This document shows positions 50,684 to 62,223 of a stretch of 64,000 nt of DNA, one piece after another. Where the stretch lies: contig CDMY01000435.1 in the NCBI GenBank assembly GCA_001179505.1, positions 1-64,000 of the forward strand. Reading direction: 5' to 3'. The notes beneath the pieces are model-generated. The model saw only the letters and a program-made list of their open reading frames with translations, did no database searches and was not told the DNA's origin. This stretch comes from Vitrella brassicaformis CCMP3155. Taxonomy: Eukaryota; Protista; Chromerida. The first letter of the stretch is position 1. Every line of letters starts with the position of its first letter. The translations under genes and the position numbers were made by a program.

Positions 50684-52861
50684 CTATATGGGCTTGTCTG
50701 GTGGAATGGGGAGGTTCATTTGGAGGAAGGCAAACTCGACGCAGTTGCCGCCAGCATGCTGCAACCCACGCACACACGGACATACATGTCCAAGAAATGT
50801 ATTCTTCCACCTGGATATTCGGCTCTTTGTGGAACATGACGTATCTGCACCAATAGTATCACACGCGACACCGAGGCACACACATCTATGCACGTCTATG
50901 TTCATTTGTGTGCGTGTGTCTGTGGCCTGACCAACCCGTTGTTCAGAAAGGCGGTGAGCAGCTCCCTGTTCATTTCGACCACCTGCTGTTGGTGGTCGCC
51001 GTACACATGAACTTCTATCAGCACCTGTGGGTGACACATACACACACAGAGAACCGACGTGCACCTGTGTGACGACGCATCTCTATGGGGGTGGTCCTTC
51101 CTTGCCTGGCGTATTGGTGGCCTTTTCCTCCACTCTCCGCTCGTCAGAAGCGGGGTCAGCGACTTGAACCTAGATGAGCACATACACAAAGTACATGGAG
51201 GGATGCGTGTGTGTGTGTGTGTGTGCCATCCTCGTTCTCTTTGAGTCCGCTTGCTCACTCGGCCCCCTCGACATCGATCTTGAATATGTCGATCTCTCGG
51301 CTCTCATGACCCAGAGCACTTGCGACATAGACAGACAGACAGACAGACACTAGCCTTCTGTGTGTGCTGCCCCGCTCTCACGTGATGATCTCGTTCAAGC
51401 CTGCTGTGAGGGGCCCCGGATCGTCGGCCTTCAGGTTGGCCCTGAACACATCAGACACGACACGAAACGGCACAACACAAACACCATTCCTTTGGATGGA
51501 CCATTCCTTTGGATGGAAACGAGAAAGGCGTCCGGTGGCGCTTACCCCTTTCCCGGCTGGTCGATGCCCCATCTATGAAAGTGGACATGCTCGGGCTTGG
51601 CCTCCGGAACCGCCACAGTGTGATCAAACTACGCATGCCCGGACAGATACCAAGGACAGACATCGATGAAGGGCCAGTCTTGTGTGTGTATTCTGTGTGC
51701 ATACGGTGTGGACTTCGCATCCGAGTGTCTTGTGTACGCTGTCCTCGAACGACCACTGAGACACAGGGATGGAACGCACAGCACATGAGGTGGAAAAGGC
51801 CACCCTTATGTACCTCGTTGGACCCACCCACAGAGTACACCAAGCATGGCTCGCCTGATGCGTTGCTGCGCGACCGGATCCTGCGCGCAGATGTGCACCA
51901 CATGTGAAGCCATAAACGAGTATCCGCTGTCTGTCTGCGCGTGTATGCAATGCGCATGTGAGTGCGGGCGGTACCCACCGGTCAGGATCGCAGACCCACT
52001 TTCCACCGTCACCAAGGGTGCCCAATCGCACCTCAAACCTGCCACACGTTAGTGTGTGCACACGTCGACGAGCGTGTGTGTGGCTGCAGCCCTCACTCGC
52101 AGCTCCAATCGGGATCGAAGAACATCTGGTAGAAGGTCTGGCCATTGGCCCCGCTGATCTTGCTAAGCCACTTGGGGTCCATCTGCGGAGAGACACACAT
52201 GAGTACACTCATGAACGTACACAGAATCCTTGTCGTATATCTATGTGCACCTGTCTGTGCCACATGACGGCTCTGTTCTTCTTTCTCAGCTCCCATCTCT
52301 GCGCCTCCGTGTATTGGCTCGAATCGTAGAATCCAAGGGACTCCTGCACACCATCAACATTCGCCTTCCCATTTTCATTACATGTTTGTACCCCAGCCAT
52401 GAGAGCGAAGGCAGCGGGCGATGTGGCAGCACTCTGCTGCTTGGTGATCTGCCGCTGTTGGTCCCTCGACGACGTGACAGACGACCGAAGCCCCGAACCT
52501 GTGTGTCAACCGGGCATCACGTGTGATGGTGTGTCCTGTATTGCACCTCTAAGCAGCTTCTGGACCATCTGCGTGACCTGCCACTCGCCCACAATGCCAT
52601 CGATGCCATCCTGTGTACATATACACATACCAAATTGATAGGCATAAGTCCTGGTCCGTGTGTATACAATGACGAAGGAATGGCGTATAGACATGAGGGC
52701 TTAGCAAGAAGTGTGGCCCCGGTTGGCACGCTTACATCACGTAGGTCACCAAGTTTGCGACGAATGTCCTGCAATGTTCGATGAAGCAAATTCACGTCGA
52801 TTAATACGAAAACAATAGCGGCGAAGAACAGGAAGACAGCTGTTCGCACCTCCACCTCCAT
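50684..52861 (-). CDS. Methyltransf_22 / METTL24-like FkbM-related methyltransferase, type II membrane
   Basis: TM AVFLFFAAIVFVLI; RLGTLGDGGKWVCDP, CLVYSVG, WSFE...LGCEVHT, LGHESREIDIFKIDVEG, VLIEVH, FHKEPN, NCVEFAFL. Confidence 0.85.
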
Positions 52862-53995
52862 TTCTACTGAACTCTATTTATTAGTTACTATTAGCTTCAT
52901 CAATGTACGTTGAAGAGAGTACTATTTTGCCCCTCCTGAGGATCGACCCACCTGCTTGACGGGCTATTCACAAGCAAAATGAACCGCATAAACCAATCAC
53001 TCATCAGCCATCCAAACCGACCATTTCGAATTCATGGCTCAAAATGACTGCAAGACACATGAAGCACCCCTCTTTGAAAGAGCGGACCGATGAAAGAGTG
53101 GATGAACGGAGAAAGACAGACATTTTGATTGTCATCTTCTGAGATGAACCATTCTCGATGGCGATTTGCGACGAAAAAGCGACTTGCGTGACCGAGCTTG
53201 AGCCACGATGACATAAACGGAAGAGCAGCTGGTTCGCGCTTACGATGCAGCAAAGGCCCATTGGTGACTCACAGGAGGGTCAGTTGAGTCATCTGAGGCA
53301 TCTGATGACATTCATCCAGCCCACACGTTTGTGCGGGGCTGATGTCACCGGCCAGTCTCCCTCCCCTGCCTTTCGCTCCCCTCCCCTTACACCCAACGAC
53401 TCACCCACCCACCCATCCATCCACCCATAGCGCGAGCGCTGCGATTTGATGATCATTTCGACTGATGCATTCACGCTGCAGGCGGCGGGGCGGCATGATT
53501 TATGTGAGTTGCTTGCTGTCATGCCTGCTGTTCACGCCTGTTGTGCCGTCATGGACCCACTGGACACCATGTTGATGACTCCTGTTCCATGCAAACCAGC
53601 TTGTGGAGATCAACGGTGAATCAGACTCAGGAGACACTCAGACTCACTGCGAAGGGCCTCGCAGTCACGACAGGCGGATTGAATGAGTGAGTGAATGGCT
53701 GGTTTTTCGTCGTTTCAGAGTGGTTTTGAGCGGGAAAACGGCTCTGGTGAGTCATTCACGGCGAGATCCCCAGCATGAAACAAGGAGAAGATAGACCAAT
53801 CACTCGCTTGCGCGTACAAACCAACCAATCAGCCCTACTGACCGCATTCATGTGTTGCGGGAACACATCTTCATGCGTCTTCGATGAGTTCGATCACATA
53901 GCACAAAAGTCCGTTTCACTCTGAGAAAAAGTCCGTTTGCCAAGAAAGCGAATTACGACGGGCAGGATAGCGGACCTGCCCAGGCATCTGTCGGG

Positions 53996-55688
53996 ATGAC
54001 TGGGGCGGTGGAGGTGGCGAATAGCAGTGCGTTGCGTGGCGCCTTCTCTTCAATCTACAAATACACCCGACGAGCCTGATGGTGTCCCCAACGACCCCAC
54101 CGTCCGCACGGACCTGTTCGTGTCGAGGTTTTGGCCAAGCTGCCGCGAGCTGTCGATCGATTTCTGCGTGACCGACGCTGACGCTCGCTGCAACCAGGGC
54201 AAGACCACCGGCACGATCACCCGCGAGAGGGAGAAGCTCAAGAAGGACCACCATCTTGACGTGTGTCGGCTCAACCGCATGGACTTCACGGCATTCATCG
54301 TGACGTGTGACGGCGTCTATGGGAGGGAGGCCGATCGCTTCATTCGCCGCTTGGCCGAGCTCATCAACAAGAGGGGCGGATGGGACAGATATGGCACTGG
54401 CCGGGTCGAGCAATGGATTCGGGCGCGGCTGTCAGTGTGCCTGGCTCGTTCGGTGTCTGCGTGTCTGCGGCGGCCCAGGAGGAAGGGCCGGTGGCATTGG
54501 CTGTATCAGAGGGGGCGTTGGGGTGATGGGGCTGGGATGTTCGTGCCTGGGGAGCCTCTCATTTTCTGAGGGCGCCCCCCTGTGAGTAGGCGTGTGGGGA
54601 TAGTGTGTGTTGATTGGCCTGGATGCCTGTCTGTCTGGTTGGCTGTCTGTCTATCTGTCTGTCAGTCCGCATGTCTGTCCATTCACGTGTGCTGCTCATG
54701 AGCATTGTTTGTCCATTTGAGTGTCTGTAGCTCGTTATCATTGCATCGCGATCGACTGTTCATGTTTGTTCGTGCCGTGGACCAACGCGTGTGTGGTCCC
54801 CGGCGCATCGTTACACATCAACCATCTACAAATCGGGGGAATGGGGGAGGAACAAGGAGGGGAACGGGCACGCTGGGCCGGGGAGCACCAGGGAAGCAAC
54901 AGACAGCGTTCGCCTATTGCTAGAGGAGTTCTTGCGTGATCGGAATATCCGATCCGTCGTTGACGCAGGATGCGGGGACTGGCAAACTACAGCCGGAGAA
55001 TAGCATCCATGTGTGTGTCTCTGTACGCAGGGAGTGGACAGCTACACTGGTGTGGATGTGGTGCCGGACATTATTGCTCGCAATCAGCAGCTGTATGGAA
55101 GTCACAACCGGACCTTTCGCGCAAGCAGCATGTTGGAGAGAGAAGCCCTCCCTCCCGCAGACGTGAGCGCAGCGAGAAAGAAGACTGTGTCCACAATTCA
55201 CTGCCTCTCTGTTTTCTCTCTTGTAGCTTTGATGACGAAGGATGTAGCCAGCTGCTCCGTCCATGCCTGGCGGTGCATGGCTCATGGGTTTTTCTGTCTG
55301 TCTGTCTGTCTGTCTGTCTGCAGGTGCTGCAGCACCTGCCCACGCCAATGGTGCAGCGATTCCTCGAGTCCCACCTCACTGCTGATAAACGTGTGCACAA
55401 CTACAAGTATGCCCTCCTCACCCACGATAGATGCAACGTCAGTCGGGGGCGGAAGAGGGAATACGCATCTCAGATGGCTGTGCTTTTTGGTCTCCTGCCC
55501 ATTTCCAGGTCACCAAGGTGGATTCCCGCTGCCAAGATAACCAGGACCTGGACATGCCACTGTATCTGTCACCGTTTTCTCTGCCTGGCCGCCATTCTCT
55601 CTTCTACCGCTGGCTAAACCGCCCGGGGGGCGACGATGAGGGCGAGAAGGCCACTTTGCTTATCGATTTCACTTTTCGTACTTTGTGA
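53996..55688 (+). pseudogene. Class I SAM methyltransferase interrupted by a retroelement insertion
   Basis: Removing 54063-54833 gives ALRGAFSSIYKSGEWGRNKEGNGHAGPGS, then VVDAGCGDWQ, YTGVDVVPDIIARN, VLQHLP. Start may lie in an upstream exon. Confidence 0.8.
54063..54823 (+). mobile_element. 5'-truncated RLE non-LTR retrotransposon with 10-bp target-site duplication ATCTACAAAT
   Basis: RTDLFVSRFW, IDFCVTDADA, REKLKK, FIVTCDGVYG, RLSVCLARSVSACLR. Identical 10-mers at 54053-54062 and 54824-54833. Confidence 0.9.
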
Positions 55689-56843
55689 TCGATGTGAGTC
55701 ACCCTAGAGCAAGCTTCTTCTTCGCCGCCCTTGTAAAGAGGATGTGAGGCCTATCGCACAGAAGCTGTTTCGAAAGAAGTGGCATGAAGGGGGAGAATCC
55801 TCATGATTTATGTGAATTTAGCCGGGATCGCTTGTTATCATGCCTCACGCGAAATCGGATGGCGCAAGGGGCCTCTTGCGAAACCCAGGGATAGCCAAGG
55901 GAGACCTTGCTGTGCCGGGCCGTCTCCCTGGTGCCGTTATAATACACACCATCCCGGTGAGCTCCACATGATTTCTTTGAATCATCCAGTCAAGTACGAC
56001 CAGTGCCTCCCTCGACATGTAAACTGTAGCGGGGAACGGGAAGAAGACTTCTGGGTGGCGAGTCCCTTGTGCATCCATCCACGAAGGGTGCGTCTGTGTG
56101 TCTCTATTGCCGATGTGCAACCCAGAAGACGGCTCCTAATGCACGAATCCTGGGGTTTCTCTTGTTCCGCTCGAAATTTGATCCAGCCAGGGACAATGCG
56201 AAGACTCACAACAAAGTATGTACGTACGGAGACTTGGTCTCATTTCTGGATGTACAGGGCCGCTGCTGGCTAGTATGGCCATGACTCAGTGCAGACACTT
56301 ACTTCTGGCAAGGACAGTCAAACATGCAGTCAAAGCCAGGTTTCGTTCCCATTCTTCAGAATGAGCCCCATTCCGCTTGTATTGTACACAGGTCTCGGCC
56401 AGTGGTGAAACTACCCCTACTGCCTGTAATTACCGCCAATGGCGTAGCTCACGTCCCTTTGTTTTCCCGTTGCAATTGCGTGCGGACAAATTCTAGCACG
56501 GAGTGGCTTGGTACTCAACCGAACAGAGGATGAATTGGTGAATGAACAGTATGTATTGGATCAGCGGGTGCTGGCCGTAACATAGTGGATTCGTGGGGTG
56601 GGTGGGTGGGTGTGGGTATCCAGGCCGTGTGCCTGCTCCTTAGCGCCTTTTAGAGCGTGGTGGATAGAATACCTTTATGACGCGGTGGTGGCATTCGTGT
56701 CGAAGGGACGGATGGTAATTCACGACGTCTCACATGACTCGAGCGGACAAACTGTTTCAGAGTCTCTCCATCTCGGCGTAAGCATACGATTACATGCTAC
56801 TATCACTCAGGATGAAGAGTCGAGAAAGCAGCTACAAGCAGAC

Positions 56844-58450
56844 TCACTGCAGATGCCTTGATGGCACGGTACGAAGGTTCAGCCGAATGTCTGGTAAGTC
56901 AGGATGTAGCCGCTCGTATCCCCTCATCCCGTCACATCGAAGAATTCCTTGGGGTACCGTCCAATCGATCGTCCCATCCTGATCTCGAATCCCGAGAATA
57001 TCGTACTCAAAACGCCGGAGCTTCACAATCTCTTCATACGCAATGTTTTTCTCCCCATAGCTTATTTTGACAGCAGGAACTACCATTATTCGGTCCCAAC
57101 CGAGCTCCCAAAAGTCCTTGCAAAGGAGAGTGCACTCACTCCCTGAACATTCGCCGTCCTTCAACTCGCCGCGACGGAAACGGACTCCGTCCTGAAGGAA
57201 AGGTTTTGGGTTCAACACCGCCGCTCCGTTCCAGCAACATGCCACTTGCGCTGGTAGTCCTTCGGAAAAGCGCCGCTTGGTCTCTTCATGCTGTGAGGGG
57301 TTGTATGATGGGTAGAACAACGTGCTGCCATCGATTGATCGAGACACCCACGTATCGTAGAACCAGAACGGCCAACCGTTGCATTTCACGTTGTTTTCCG
57401 GACATGCCGAGTAGTCCAAACCTGAAGACCAACACCCACACCACACACATGCCCACCTAAACCTCCAGTGGCACCAATCACGACTGACCACACGTAATAT
57501 CGGCGTCATGTATGGTGGATTGCCTAAGGAGCTCCAAAATGTCGGTGTCACATATGTAGACGTCGTTGAGAAAGACAATTTTGCTGTTAGACTTCGGTTC
57601 ATCGCCGGAGCTCCATTCTGCCAGCGGTTCCAGGGCTCTGTTTCGCACTGCAGCAAGGTACTCAATGCGATGCACACCCCCGGGCCTGTTTTGGTTCTCC
57701 ATGACAATGCGATGCGCCACACCATACAGGCCAAGGAGGATGTCTAGATTCATCAGATACTCCTTGGTGTGATCCGAGCTGCCGTNNNNNNNNNNNNNNN
57801 NNNNNNNNNNNNNNNNNNNNNNNNNNNNNNNNNNNNNNNNNNNNNNNNNNNNNNNNNNNNNNNNNNNNNNNNNNNNNNNNNNNNNNNNNNNNNNNNNNNN
57901 NNNNNNNNNNNNNNNNNNNNNNNNNNNNNNNNNNNNNNNNNNNNNNNNNNNNNNNNNNNNNNNNNNNNNNNNNNNNNNNNNNNNNNNNNNNNNNNNNNNN
58001 NNNNNNNNNNNNNNNNNNNNNNNNNNNNNNNNNNNNNNNNNNNNNNNNNNNNNNNNNNNNNNNNNNNNNNNNNNNNNNNNNNNNNAGAGGCTCGTAGCGT
58101 GTCCAGTTTCGGCGTGCTGATAGCTCCTCGCACGCATCAGTAATCTTCATGGAATTCGCAAACAGGCCATACGCGAGCTCACGAGACAGATCTTTAGCTG
58201 GCTTTGCTTCATCTCCCTTCCCTGAGACGCGCGAGGGCAGATTACGCCCCAGTTGCGAGAGGAAGCCTCTGAGAGAACGCCACAGGTTCGTCGCCTTTTC
58301 GTGGCCACGTACAGGAAGCCCGCTACGCTGGACTTCGACACCCGGCTTCACAATCTCCTCCATAAAGTCATGGAAGGATTGCGGATATATCGCGGCCGAT
58401 GCCATTGTTCTGACCACAATGGCAGCCAACACCGGCATCAGGGACATCAT
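56844..58450 (-). CDS. GT69 cryptococcal-mannosyltransferase (CAP59/CMT1)-like glycosyltransferase, spanning the assembly gap
   Basis: MMSLMPVLAAIVV leader; RIEYLAAVRNRALEPL, KIVFLNDVY, ADITCG|LDY, FYDTWVSRSIDG, QVACCWNGAAVL, CSGSECTLLCKDFW, RIMVVPAVKISY. Confidence 0.9.
57786..58085. other. Assembly gap (300 N)
   Basis: Run of N in the sequence. Confidence 1.
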
Positions 58451-59219
58451 GTTCCCCTCAACAATTCGATTCGTCCGTTGAACAAAAAAAGGTGAACAAC
58501 AATAATAATGCTCGTCGCGATGATAAGTCACTCACGTGGATTTTTACGCAACCGATGCACTTGCGAAGGCGAGGCCCGAAGGGCCGAGCCGAGCAACGAC
58601 TGGCCACAGTTGACTCAATGCGGAGGGCACCGAAGGTGTCCGGAGCGCCGACGGCAGGCCAGTTCGTCTGAGTGATTCATGGGTGGTGGAGCGAGGGATG
58701 CGCGCGAAGCGCAGACCGACGCGGGGTATGAGTTATGATTTCCGAATTGGAGGAAATTATGCCAATAATGGTGGGGGGACATCCATGCAATAATGGTGCA
58801 TCTTGCCGTTATGCATAATTGCCTTTCAAGATGTGGTTTTCCTGGCCCGTCCAGTCGTGTTGTGACTAAGTAAGATGGCGCCCAAGTACGCACCAGTCGT
58901 GGACGCTGCGGCGCTGCGAGAAGGGGATTCGCCGAAGATGCTGTGGTCCATCATCGGAGCTGGTAAACGGAAAGAACACCATGTGTTTGTGGCGAATTGT
59001 ATGGATCTCTGTGTCAGTGCTGCTGGTGTTTCTGGTAGCAAATTCGGGGCTATTGCTGCTGAGGTGCCAGGAAGACGTATCGCAACTCAAGAAGAGTGTC
59101 GACGCCCTGAGGTAGGGAGATGGGTACATGGGCAGGATGGCAGGCACACACAAAACACATTGCCTTTGTGCACATGTGTTGGTCAGGAATATGCTTCTGC
59201 GACATAGAATGCGATCACT

Positions 59220-60020
59220 CTTCCCTCCCCACCTGCATTCCGGAGACACAAACAACATATTCACGTGCAACATATCACTCCAAGTACCCCATACCCAGTA
59301 TCTCGACATCTTCCTTCATATGTTGTGGCCAGTCCTCCACCAGCGACGCACGCACAGCGCCGGATCGTCTCTCAAGGGCACAGGGTGCTCACTCGAATCG
59401 GCCAATGTGCGCGTCAAGATGGAGCACAAGCACAACAAAAAACAGTGCAGAAAGTATTTTACATGGGGCCTCCACCGTCCTAAGCTGCAAGCAATTCAGG
59501 AAGCTCTTCTGCTCAAAAGACATCATCTGTTGGGCGGGACGTGAGAAATGTCAATGAGATTAGTCGCGGTGCATTTCATATGGTGAGGGAATTGAAGGAT
59601 GTGTCACTGTGATGGTGGGTCGTTTGTGCACGCAATGAGGGAAATTTTCCCCGTTGATACCTTTTTCGATTCTCTTCGTAGACCAATATGTAGATCGACA
59701 TATGTAGTAGGTCTGCTGGGGGAGAAACTTGCATTAACCGTAACACTCGTCTGTGTGTCCGTGATACTCATACAAATACAGTCCCATCAGCACGCAGAGT
59801 CAAACGCTCAAGGGGAGGAGGGATCAATCCCCGCCCCATCAGCACACCCCAGTCCCGCAAACCCTCCCCTCCCTCCCCCACGCAGACAGAAGGTAGTCGC
59901 ACGCGCGAGGGCGATAGACAAGCGAGAGCCAATCCATCCAGACACATGATGATGATGGTAGTAGGTCTGCTTGACTGATGGATGACAGAGGTTGAATGGA
60001 CGAGTGGGTGTAGGGCTTTA
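59220..60020 (+). repeat. Dispersed repeat family A, copy 3 (internally deleted AP2-like repeats plus tail)
   Basis: FPPHLHSGDTNNIFTC resembles repeat 2 at 15.8 kb. SLKGTGCSLESAN...KKQCRKYFTWG...KLQAIQEALLLKRHH is the in-frame version of repeat 3. Confidence 0.85.
59718..59957. mobile_element. 240-bp non-coding insertion with 14-bp TSD and (GAT)n end (SINE-like or truncated retroelement)
   Basis: GTAGTAGGTCTGCT at 59704-59717 and 59958-59971. The paralogous sites at ~16540 and ~29240 lack the insert. Confidence 0.85.
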
Positions 60021-60207
60021 TTCTGTCTGGCTTTTCAAACTGAGATGTGTATGTACTAGAGGAGCCTGCCATTAGTGTCTTAGGTCCGTGCATACCCTAC
60101 GGCACGTGCTTCTTTATGTGTTGCCTCATCAGCCAGGTCGAGGACACTGGTTTGAAATAATTTCGCATGATAACGCCATCGTCAATCAGTTAACCTTGGT
60201 CACGTTG

Positions 60208-61301
60208 ATGTGTCTACGCAAAGCACTCAGCCTCCTCTTCGCTGCGGTCTTATTGATAGTTTTTCTCAGAAGACGCCTCACGGCGGGAACGGGGCCCCCC
60301 TTGCGCCGAATTACGACCAGGGACGATTCTCACACGAGCGAACGTTTGCTCGATGATGGCGCCGTCGTATTCCGCTCGGAAAGTCGTGAACTCAGCCGCG
60401 GACCAACGAATGGCACTGTCTTAGTATTGACCATCGTCAAGGATGGCCAGTCCTGGGGATCCCAGCGGAGCTTTCACGACTACCTGAAGCTCATCTCTAA
60501 CCTCGGAGTCAACAAGGCAGATTTGTCTCTGGGGCTCTTGATCAGCGATGCAAATGAACACCGGGACATCAAGCAGATTCTTGACTCTTCCAACGAGGAT
60601 TTCCGGCGTCTGTGCATCATCCGAGAGCCAGAGACATTCCGTAAGATGGAGGGCGAGAGACGGGATCGGCACAACGAGGATATACAGCGACCTCGGCGCA
60701 AGCTTCTTGCCCGGATTAGGAACTATCTGGTGACGACGGCGCTCCATGATGAGGCCAACGTGCTGTGGATCGATGCAGACATGATCAAGATACCTGATAA
60801 TCTTCTGCCGACGATGATCAAGTCAGGTCACCCCATTTTGGTGCCGTCCACGTTTATTGGCGACCTGTATTACGACCGGTAGGCACGGACGAATCATCCA
60901 AGTGTGGATATACGTAGCGTTGCTGTGTGTTACTTCCCCCTAGGAACACATGGGTGGGTCCCCGCACGGAGCCAACAAAAGAACAGCTGCTTCGCCTTCG
61001 GGAAGGGGACAGCGCTGCTTTCATTCCAGAGCAGGCCCCTGGGAACATGTATCTCGACCAATTTAAAGACAGAGAGGAGGATTTTGTTCCTATAGACGCC
61101 GTTGGCGGAACAGTTCTCTTCGTCAAGGCGACGCTGCATCGCCAAGGAGTCTTATTTCCCCCCTATCATGTGATCGGCGCGGACTGGGGTGGTGAAGGAT
61201 ACGACGGAGTAGAGACCGAGGGACTGTGTTATGTCGCTGCGACAATTGGCGCTGCTTGTCACGGGATGACACACTTCGATGCGATACATTCAGCGGATTA
61301 G
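60208..61301 (+). CDS. GT62 Anp1/Van1/Mnn9-like glycosyltransferase, type II membrane, one intron
   Basis: TM ALSLLFAAVLLIVFL; LSLGLLISD, RDRHNEDIQRPRRKLLARIRNYL, VLWIDAD (DxD), YD|RNTW, IDAVGGTVLFVKA, VETEGLC. Confidence 0.9.
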
Positions 61302-61476
61302 GGCCTTCGATGCACTATGAACTGACATGTCTTTTGTACGTGGACTTTCGATATATATAGAAATATAGGTGAATACATGTGTGAGTATACGTGTACCTAG
61401 TCGTGCACCTACTTTTTGAACAATTCAAGCTGCACACCTATACATCAAATTGAATTGTGTGCACCTGGCAATGTTC

Positions 61477-62223
61477 TCACATCAAATGTCTCTGTATCCA
61501 CAAGACGCCTGCACCACGAGCACTGCCAATGGTGAATTGCGAGTGTCGAATTCCCACCGAAAAACGCTCATCATCTCGCAGTACTTTTGACAGAAGCTTG
61601 CCCTTTTGGGCCCAGAATTGATCAACCGGCAAATGAAAGTCCTCTCCTTGGCATTGTTTTTTCAGGAGATTTATGTGATACGGCAATATCCAAACACTCC
61701 CGAGTGCCGGTTCGCTTCGTAGAGCCTCGTGTACCATGGACGTTATCTCCCGGGGGCCGCCGGTTGTGACAGGATCACGGTTGGCTCCGAACATAAATTC
61801 AAGCTGAACACCTATACAGGAATGATTTGTTTGGAGAGCAGCGGAATTGGCCCTGGAGAGCTCAGTTGCGTCTCGGAGCAAGTCGGCTCAAAATGTCGTC
61901 AACACATCCTTTGACAGCGCCTCCTGCACCATCCACTGCCGTGAAGGCTGTAAGGCCGCTCGCCTTGCGCGTGAACGGCTCACCCTTTGGTCCTCCTTCG
62001 TGGACTCCTTTCCATGCGCGTTCCCAGTCGGGTAAGGAGCAACATGCACGGTGGTTACTAAGGACAGGGTTTCTTTCTTCGCATTCTGTGGCTTTGGTGG
62101 ACACGCTCGGCTTGGCGCTTCGCGCCTGCCTTCGCAGTCGCGTCGTCGCGAATACCCGACGCAGATGTCTGTTCGCGATCGGCTGTCGTGTCTCGTGTAA
62201 GATTCATTCATCGGTTGGTCCAT
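61477..62223 (-). pseudogene. Intronless ORF relic with a single in-frame stop; function unknown
   Basis: ORFs 61888-62223 and 61477-61881 are in the same frame, separated only by one stop codon. Confidence 0.3.

Noticed and set aside
55803-56300. Additional gene between the class I methyltransferase and GT69
   Set aside because: Overlapping ORFs on both strands with no recognisable family; strand and frame could not be chosen.
36860-61301. Bacterial contaminant or operon
   Set aside because: Most genes carry spliceosomal introns with host-type microsatellites, lie on mixed strands, and are interleaved with eukaryotic retroelements.
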